From IMG/VR virus record IMGVR_UViG_3300025789_000018: a stretch of DNA of 64,000 nucleotides; one strand, 5' to 3'. The position numbers and the translations under genes were made by a program. The notes beneath the pieces are model-generated. The model ran no database searches. It was not told where the DNA came from and saw only the letters and a list, made by a program, of their open reading frames with translations. Below are positions 57,747-64,000 of the stretch, one piece after another. How positions within the stretch are numbered: position 1 is the stretch's first letter; every line of letters begins with the position of its first letter. The DNA comes from a virus. Its lineage: Duplodnaviria; Caudoviricetes.

Positions 57747-58448
57747 ATGGCTTTACCAAAAATATCGTTACCCACCTTTGATTTGACTATTCCTTCAACA
57801 AAAGAAGAAGTTAAAGCAAGACCTTTCCTTGTTAAAGAGGAAAAGATTCTTCTCATGGCCCAGCAGTCGGGAGAAGAAAAAGATGTTATCAACGCAGTAA
57901 ATCAAGTAATTCATAATTGCATTGTTACAGAAGGCGTTGATGTTACTAAATTCTCAACTTTTGATGTAGAATACGTTTTCTTAAAATTGAGATCTAAATC
58001 AGTGAATAATATTGTTGAACTTAGCTATAGAGACAATGAAGACGATAAAGTTTACGATTTTAAAGTGAATTTAGACGAAATCGAAGTAAAATTTGACCCA
58101 AATAACAATACTAAAATTGAAATCAATGATACTACTGGATTGGTAATGAAATATCCCAATTCATTTACATCACAAAAAGTTGCTAAATCTGATAATCCGG
58201 AATTTAAGCTAATTCAACTGTGCGTTGATAAGATTTATGACGCTGATAACGTGTATAGCTCTACAGACGTAACTGAAAAAGAACTTGAAGAGTTCCTCGA
58301 CAATCTTGACATGAAAACTTTTACGAAAATTAAAGAGTTTTTTGAAACGATGCCAAAATTGTATCACAAAATTGAATACAAGAATTCTCTAGATCACGAT
58401 AGATCAATTGAACTCACCTCGTTACAAGATTTTTTTACGTTGGGATGA
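57747..58448 (+). CDS. 26: Baseplate hub assembly protein, T4 gp26
   Basis: MALPKISLPTFDLTIPS, RPFLVKEEKILLMA, DVEYVFLKLRSKSV, FFETMPKL. Confidence 0.92.
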   Translation: MALPKISLPTFDLTIPSTKEEVKARPFLVKEEKILLMAQQSGEEKDVINAVNQVIHNCIVTEGVDVTKFSTFDVEYVFLKLRSKSVNNIVELSYRDNEDDKVYDFKVNLDEIEVKFDPNNNTKIEINDTTGLVMKYPNSFTSQKVAKSDNPEFKLIQLCVDKIYDADNVYSSTDVTEKELEEFLDNLDMKTFTKIKEFFETMPKLYHKIEYKNSLDHDRSIELTSLQDFFTLG

Positions 58449-58603
58449 GCCATAATACGTTAGCTAACTACTATAACGTAATCTTTGGTTTAGTCCAACA
58501 CCATAAATACTCTATTACTGACATTGAAAATCTTTTTCCCTATGAAAGAGACTTATATCTTGATATGTTAACATCTTTCATAGATAATCAAAAAGAAGCA
58601 TAA
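58445..58603 (+). CDS. 51: Baseplate hub assembly catalyst, gp51-like (52 aa; absent from the ORF track)
   Basis: Translated by hand: MSHNTLANYYNVIFGLVQHHKYSITDIENLFPYERDLYLDML...; ATGA overlap with the gp26 stop. Confidence 0.88.
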   Translation: MSHNTLANYYNVIFGLVQHHKYSITDIENLFPYERDLYLDMLTSFIDNQKEA

Positions 58604-58606
58604 TAG

Positions 58607-61009
58607 ATGGTAGGATTAATAGCAGGATTGTTTGAAGGTGGGGCGGCGGAAGCTGGTGCAGCTGAAGCCGCCGCATCTGCAGCTATGAAAAAAGCTGATA
58701 CAGGCAAGCCTGAAGACGCAAAAGCTGAGAAAAAAGAAAAGCCTACAGCTACTAGATCTACAGGATTGGGCGAAATTCCTGTGCCTTCTGACAAATACAA
58801 TGATTCTCCAAAACCAGTAAGACAAGCCGAAACAGTAGGCAATCAGGCTGAACGCATTAGAGGCAAACAGTTCAATGAACTGATAACAGTAAATACGCAA
58901 ACATTAAACGTATTGAAGAATATGCACAACTTTCAACAAGAAAAGTTGGAAGAAGAAAATGAAGCCAGAAGAATAGCAGAACTAGAGAAAAAAGGCGGTG
59001 GCGGCGACGGAGGAGGCTTCTTTGGAGAAATAGGGGTTGCTGCACAAAAAACAACTGGAATACTGTCAGCCCTAACACCATTCGCTAGTTTGTTATTGCC
59101 TTTAACTAAAGAGTTAGACGATTTTAGGAAATTCTTACAAGGAACTGGAGATAAAACTCCTGAACCCGGAACAAAATCGTTCACACGACATGTTACAGAA
59201 AACGTTTCTACAATCAGAACTCTCAGCAAAGCATATGGTGCTGCAGGATCAAAGCAAGCTGCAAATATAGCTGAAAGAATTCCAAAATTAATAGAAAAAA
59301 GAAATGTAGAAAAAATAATAAGAAATTCTCCTAATGTTGTTGCAGGAAATTTCCCTAATCACTTCAGAGGCGGAAAGCCTATAGAAGCGATAAACCCAAA
59401 GGCAACAAACAAGATAACAGGAGCTATTGTAAGAATAATAGAACCTATTGCAGCAAGAGCAACTATAACCGTACTAAAAGCCATATCTTGGGCTGCTAAA
59501 AAGATAGCCAATAGCAAATTGCTTAAATTTGCATACTTCATTGATTTTATCATAGCAATATTTCAGTCTGAAGGAAAAATAGACAGAAATGTAATAGGTG
59601 AGCTCATTAAAGCATTTATTATGTTGCTGTCAGATAAAATAGCTGCTGGATTAATTGGTGCAATATTAGGTTCTGAAGTTCCTCTTTTTGGCAACATTGC
59701 TGGATTTGCTCTTGGGATTATAGCATCTTATGGTATAGAATATTTCGGATCAGTTATTATTGAAAGTGTAGCAACACACTTAGCGTATATGCTAGTCAAA
59801 ATAGAAACTCCAGGAACAGCTGCACAGAAAATAGCAGAAGAAGTATCAAAATTCTATAGCGATAAATTTAAAGGATGGTTTGGAGGAAATCAAGACACCA
59901 AACAAGCAACTCCAACAGCAAAGCCAGCTGCAGGAGGAACCACAACAACAGCACTTCCACCTTTACCTTCAGCATCGCCAAATCCTCCAACAAATGGAGG
60001 TACTGGAAGAGCTGGAAAGCCAGGAGCATCTCCAAAGGGAGAAGAGCTGAAAGGCGATTCTTCAGTTTTCGGTACAGTAATAGCAAGCGAAACAAGAATG
60101 TTAGCAACTATGTTTCCTACAGCCACAGTAGCTGCGCTTGGAGCAGCATATATGAATGATGCTCTACACCCATCAACAAAGATTAAAGATAGACGTGATG
60201 CCAACCCAACAAACAACAATATAGATCCAAAATCTGTATTAGAATTTGGTAGAGGAGATGCGGATGAAGCACACTTCAACCAAATGAAGCCTGAAATGAA
60301 AAAAGCTGTTCTTGATGCAGCTAAAGAATATATGACAAAATATAACAAAAAACTTAAAGTAAACAGTTCAGTTAGAAGTGATGCAGAGCAAAAAGTATTA
60401 TATGATAGATCTGTGGCCCAGGGACATCCAGGTATATTAGATTGGCCGAGTGGAAAGAGAACTCCTGTTGCACAAGTAGGAAGTAGTACACACAAACAAG
60501 GTTATGCTATAGACATACACAATGGACAAGACCCAAGAATTGTTGAAATTCTACAAAAGTACAATCTTGTTCATGCATCAAATGATGATCCACACTACAC
60601 ATTAAAAGGTCACGAAAGCCATGGCGGCGGCGGATCAGGTGGCGGTTATGGTGGGTCTCATGGAGGCCATGGACACGCAAAATTAGGTTCTGGACCATCA
60701 CCACAAGATTATGCAGCAAGACAGGCAAATCCTGGGTATATTTACGGACAGTCGGAACAAAAATCAGCTGAGCCTGTAGCAACAGAACCAAAAAGAACAG
60801 TCAAAACAGGCAAAAGAGCGAAAAAGGCCAAAGCAAACGACAACACAGTATCAAACTATATGGATAAACAATCAAATCCTGGATATATCTACGGACAATC
60901 TACTTCAGGATTTCCAGGACAAGGTGATGTTCCTGATCCTGAAGCGAATAGAGGATCTATTGATGATAAACTCTATTTCCATTCGCATTCGCACAGAAAC
61001 TACGGATAA
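58607..61009 (+). CDS. gp29/tape-measure-like protein with a peptidase M15 (VanY-like) domain
   Basis: Follows gp26-gp51; VNSSVRSDAEQKVLY...GSSTHKQGYAIDI...DDPHY matches the SxHxxGxAxD...H Zn-peptidase pattern. Confidence 0.7.
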   Translation: MVGLIAGLFEGGAAEAGAAEAAASAAMKKADTGKPEDAKAEKKEKPTATRSTGLGEIPVPSDKYNDSPKPVRQAETVGNQAERIRGKQFNELITVNTQTLNVLKNMHNFQQEKLEEENEARRIAELEKKGGGGDGGGFFGEIGVAAQKTTGILSALTPFASLLLPLTKELDDFRKFLQGTGDKTPEPGTKSFTRHVTENVSTIRTLSKAYGAAGSKQAANIAERIPKLIEKRNVEKIIRNSPNVVAGNFPNHFRGGKPIEAINPKATNKITGAIVRIIEPIAARATITVLKAISWAAKKIANSKLLKFAYFIDFIIAIFQSEGKIDRNVIGELIKAFIMLLSDKIAAGLIGAILGSEVPLFGNIAGFALGIIASYGIEYFGSVIIESVATHLAYMLVKIETPGTAAQKIAEEVSKFYSDKFKGWFGGNQDTKQATPTAKPAAGGTTTTALPPLPSASPNPPTNGGTGRAGKPGASPKGEELKGDSSVFGTVIASETRMLATMFPTATVAALGAAYMNDALHPSTKIKDRRDANPTNNNIDPKSVLEFGRGDADEAHFNQMKPEMKKAVLDAAKEYMTKYNKKLKVNSSVRSDAEQKVLYDRSVAQGHPGILDWPSGKRTPVAQVGSSTHKQGYAIDIHNGQDPRIVEILQKYNLVHASNDDPHYTLKGHESHGGGGSGGGYGGSHGGHGHAKLGSGPSPQDYAARQANPGYIYGQSEQKSAEPVATEPKRTVKTGKRAKKAKANDNTVSNYMDKQSNPGYIYGQSTSGFPGQGDVPDPEANRGSIDDKLYFHSHSHRNYG

Positions 61010-61012
61010 AAT

Positions 61013-62515
61013 ATGGCTGCTTCTATAAACTCAACGAGAATTTATCCTACAGGAAGCGGAGATGCAACTCCAGTAAGATCGTCTGGTGAATCAGAAAAAT
61101 CATTCGTACAGCAAATTACTGAAATAATAAGAATCAGCACAGAATCATTCAAATCTTTAAAAAAGGTTCATGATGCTGAGAAAATATCATTAGAAAAACA
61201 AAATGCAGCTGCTCGTATTGAAAGATTAGAAGCTAAAGAAGAAGCCGTAGCCGAACACGCTAAACCAATAGAAAAGCCCAGCCTTCTTGTTACAATATTG
61301 TTTATTTTGGGAATTGTGTTATCACCGTTGCTAAAATTTATCAAAAACTTGAAAGAAACGATAGAGACATTCATAGTATCAATAAAGAATATAATAACAG
61401 GACTAGTACAAAAAGTTTCTGATATGGCAGATCTTGTAAACCATATAGGAGCATTAGTATTAGGGTTTGTTGAAGGTAAAAATTCTTTTGCAGATATAGA
61501 AGGTGCACTAAGTCAATCTGATGGATTTTTAGATAACAAACATAAAGAACAAAAAGCAGCTGAGGATGCAGCAAAAACAAACGATAGCGCTCCTATACCT
61601 GCAGCTAAATCTAACAGTACAAACAGCAATACAAATCAAGCAACACGTATAGCCAAAGATGCAACAAAGGGTTATGTAAAACCTAAAAGCACTTCTTGGT
61701 GGGATTATTTGTTTGGAACTTCAAATGCAACAAATAATGAAGAAAATAATACAAATTCAAGTGGAGCTATAGATAATAAAAAGTTTGATATTAACAAATA
61801 TATGGAACTTGTTGCTATACACGAGTCTGGAAACAACTGGAATAGCAAACCAGATTTTGGATTTGTGGGTCGATATGCGTTAGGTTCTCAGGCATTAGAA
61901 GATGCTGGATATCTTAAAAAAGGAGCTTCCAAAGGAAGAACTAAAGGAAGAAATGCAGCAATATATGATCCTAGTGCTTGGGTAAACGGATGGGATGTTG
62001 ATAAATTTTTAAGTTCACATGAAGCGCAAAATGATGCGTATAAGAAAATTACTACAGAAAATTATAATCGCCTAAAAGCTAGAGGCATCATAACTGACAG
62101 TATGTCTGGTGCAAAAGTAGCATCAATATTGTTTGGAGCTGCAGAAGGCGGTCTTGGTGGAGCAACAAAATATTTTAAACAGGGCAGAGACACTTATGAT
62201 TTCTATTTCGGATCAAAAGCCTCTGTAGGTAAATCTGCAACATGGATGGAAAACAAATATGAAAAGGGCGATCCAGTAGATCCAAAAAGATTTGCGCATA
62301 CTATAGAACCTGCTCCACAATCTTCATTTGTTTTAGAAGAAGAGGAAAATTATGAAATTGAAGAAAGATCTTCTCCTGCTCCGTACAAAGGGTATCAAAG
62401 AATGCTTGGAAATACAGCAGATAAACCATCAAGATCTTCTCCTTTTCCAAAAGGATCAGCGCCAAATAGTAATAACTCAGAGCAGTATCTTTGGTATTTT
62501 GGCGTAACGGCATAA
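61013..62515 (+). CDS. Tape-measure-like protein with a lysozyme-like domain
   Basis: LVAIHESGNNWNSK...GFVGRYALGSQALEDAGYL resembles the lysozyme/transglycosylase ES...GxYQ motif; coiled-coil N-terminus. Confidence 0.6.
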   Translation: MAASINSTRIYPTGSGDATPVRSSGESEKSFVQQITEIIRISTESFKSLKKVHDAEKISLEKQNAAARIERLEAKEEAVAEHAKPIEKPSLLVTILFILGIVLSPLLKFIKNLKETIETFIVSIKNIITGLVQKVSDMADLVNHIGALVLGFVEGKNSFADIEGALSQSDGFLDNKHKEQKAAEDAAKTNDSAPIPAAKSNSTNSNTNQATRIAKDATKGYVKPKSTSWWDYLFGTSNATNNEENNTNSSGAIDNKKFDINKYMELVAIHESGNNWNSKPDFGFVGRYALGSQALEDAGYLKKGASKGRTKGRNAAIYDPSAWVNGWDVDKFLSSHEAQNDAYKKITTENYNRLKARGIITDSMSGAKVASILFGAAEGGLGGATKYFKQGRDTYDFYFGSKASVGKSATWMENKYEKGDPVDPKRFAHTIEPAPQSSFVLEEEENYEIEERSSPAPYKGYQRMLGNTADKPSRSSPFPKGSAPNSNNSEQYLWYFGVTA

Positions 62516-62541
62516 AAAAAGGGGGGAATTTCTTCCCCCCT
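62514..62541 (-). terminator. Rho-independent terminator after gp32
   Basis: Minus strand AGGGGGGAA-GAAA-TTCCCCCCT then a T-tract; between convergent genes. Confidence 0.9.
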
Positions 62542-62546
62542 CATCA

Positions 62547-63458
62547 TCAATCTTCTTCTTCAGCGATTCGCTTAAAGAACGATAGATCTTCATCATCCTC
62601 ATCAGTGTTCCAAAGAGTTGCATCCTCTTCAGCTTCATGAGCTGCAGGCTTTGCGCGAGCAGCAGGAGCAGAAGCAACTGGACCAGCGTCAGTATTACCA
62701 CGCGAGTCAATACCAAGAACTTGATGGAGACGACGCTTCAGTTCGTCATAGCTCTTGAATGTCGAAGGATCAATGATTTCCTGCAATGAGTACTCAGACT
62801 TCCAGATCTTTTCAAGTTCCGAGTCCTTGTCAAGAAGAGGAGCGATATCATCAAACTCCGACTTATCGTAGTTACGATAACCGTCGACCTTACGGATCTT
62901 GAGCTTGAAGTTAGCGCCTTCCCAGAGATCAAAAGGATTCATAGGAGTTTCATCTTCGAACTGAGGATGCATAGCTGCATTCAGCTTTTCGAAAATCTTC
63001 TTACCGTACTTGAACAGGAAAACCTTACCGTCGTTTTCGGGATTAGCTGGATCTTTAACAACATAGATGTTAGAGATATAACCTAGACGGCGCTTCTGGT
63101 CGCGAGCTTGCTTACGTTCAGGCGACTTATCGTCGTCCGAAGCGTTCCAAAGCTGGCTGTTGAATTCAGCGCAAGGATCTTTCTGATTGATAGTTGTCAG
63201 AGACTTTTCGATGTACCAACCATTGGGTCCCTTGAAACCATGATCCCAAAGACGGACGAAAGGTACAGTTTCATCGCCAGGCGAAGGAAGGAAACGGATA
63301 ATGGCATAACCATTACCAGCCTTATCTACGGTTGGCGACCAATATCGATTATCTTCTGCGTTGTTTTCAGTCTTGTTTGCGAGCTTATTGATCTCGGCGG
63401 TCAGACTTTCAAGCGATGCGAGACCGCTCTTCTTCTTAAGGTTTGCAAATGTTGACAT
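62547..63458 (-). CDS. 32: Single-stranded DNA-binding protein, T4 gp32
   Basis: DKAGNGYAIIRFLP, WYIEKSLTT, YGKKIFEK, NPFDLWEGANFKLKIRKVDGYRNYDKSEF; acidic C-tail. Confidence 0.97.
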   Translation of the reverse strand: MSTFANLKKKSGLASLESLTAEINKLANKTENNAEDNRYWSPTVDKAGNGYAIIRFLPSPGDETVPFVRLWDHGFKGPNGWYIEKSLTTINQKDPCAEFNSQLWNASDDDKSPERKQARDQKRRLGYISNIYVVKDPANPENDGKVFLFKYGKKIFEKLNAAMHPQFEDETPMNPFDLWEGANFKLKIRKVDGYRNYDKSEFDDIAPLLDKDSELEKIWKSEYSLQEIIDPSTFKSYDELKRRLHQVLGIDSRGNTDAGPVASAPAARAKPAAHEAEEDATLWNTDEDDEDLSFFKRIAEEED

Positions 63459-63509
63459 ATGTATCTCCTTTGTATGTCGGTGTATAACGTTGTATCCACA
63501 ATATCATAA

Positions 63510-63538
63510 TATATACTATATATGCTCACTGAAATCAA
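63510..63538 (-). promoter_or_regulatory. sigma70-like promoter for gp32
   Basis: TTGATT-N12-TATAGTATATA, i.e. a 17-nt spacer to TATATA. Confidence 0.6.
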
Positions 63539-63999
63539 GCAAAAACTTTCAAGATAATTTTTTTCATTTTAAAAATATCATATGGCACAAAAGGTGCATA
63601 TTTCTTGCATTTCAGTCGCACTTCTTCCCAAACAAGATCACCATCAAGTTTACTGTCCCAGTAGCGAAAAATCCCACAGGCTTTGTCTAGGATAATAAGA
63701 GTCTCGATATTGATTTTGTTTTGGAGGAACAGCTTTAGCAGTTTAGGGTATTGTCCATCTATAACTTTGATAGAGTCATCAAAAGATGGTAACAGCTTAT
63801 CTAAATCTTGTTCGAAAATGTAGCTGATAGATTCATTTCTACGCTTCCATTCAAGATATGTGTCAGTATATTTGGATTCAGCAACCAAATCACCAACCCA
63901 TATATTATACCCGTATTTGACAAAATTAGCAACTATAAAATTGACAGGATCATCTTTTTTTGCTAACTTGTGATACATGTACTTGTCTTTACGGGTTTC
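63535..63999 (-). CDS. 59: Helicase loader, T4 gp59-like (5' end outside the window)
   Basis: Frame is open to the window edge (ETRKDKYMYHKLAK); FIVANF, WVGDL, INIETLIILD, KYAPF; upstream of gp32. Confidence 0.85.
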   Translation of the reverse strand, partial: ETRKDKYMYHKLAKKDDPVNFIVANFVKYGYNIWVGDLVAESKYTDTYLEWKRRNESISYIFEQDLDKLLPSFDDSIKVIDGQYPKLLKLFLQNKINIETLIILDKACGIFRYWDSKLDGDLVWEEVRLKCKKYAPFVPYDIFKMKKIILKVFA

Positions 64000-64000
64000 G

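Noticed and set aside
59868-60791. Minus-strand ORFs up to 201 aa inside the gp29-like gene
   Set aside because: Antisense shadows of a well-supported plus-strand gene with no recognisable motifs; the same applies to the many other 60-130 aa nested ORFs in the track
1-64000. tRNA/rRNA genes, integrase, transposase, C5-methyltransferase, glycosyltransferase
   Set aside because: None recognisable; intergenic gaps are mostly too short for tRNAs. Absence applies only to this window and was judged by eye

Overview
This 64-kb window is an AT-rich segment of a T4-like (Tevenvirinae/Kyanoviridae-type, non-enteric) myovirus genome. No rRNA, tRNA, CRISPR array, integrase or transposase is visible. All family assignments come from motifs read by eye and gene order; no database searches were run. 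Most genes lie on the minus strand. From right to left they are: gp59 (partial) and gp32; a plus-strand block (gp4, gp2, gp54, gp26, gp51, then two paralogous gp29/tape-measure-like proteins each carrying a different peptidoglycan-hydrolase domain); baseplate genes (gp48, gp53, gp27-like hub, lysozyme-less gp5, gp25, gp6, gp7, gp8, a split VrlC/DUF4815-like pair); several Ser/Thr/Asn/Gly-rich fibre genes; neck, terminase, tail and head genes (gp13-gp23, gp3); uvsY, uvsW, gp55, gp47, gp46; a MazG-like pyrophosphatase; and peptide deformylase. T4 late promoters (TATAAATA), sigma70-like promoters and two GAAA-loop terminators can be read directly. The most interesting element is a translationally coupled four-gene operon at 623-4016 with its own near-consensus sigma70 promoter. 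It encodes a TET/JBP-type 2OG-Fe(II) dioxygenase, a class II glutamine amidotransferase, a COOH-NH2 amidoligase and a GNAT acyltransferase, and is followed by a GIY-YIG nuclease. I infer it is a candidate DNA base hypermodification pathway with no glycosyltransferase in this window. Second is an ADP-ribosyltransferase-like gene with a T4 capsid-targeting-type N-terminus, inserted between gp13 and gp14.
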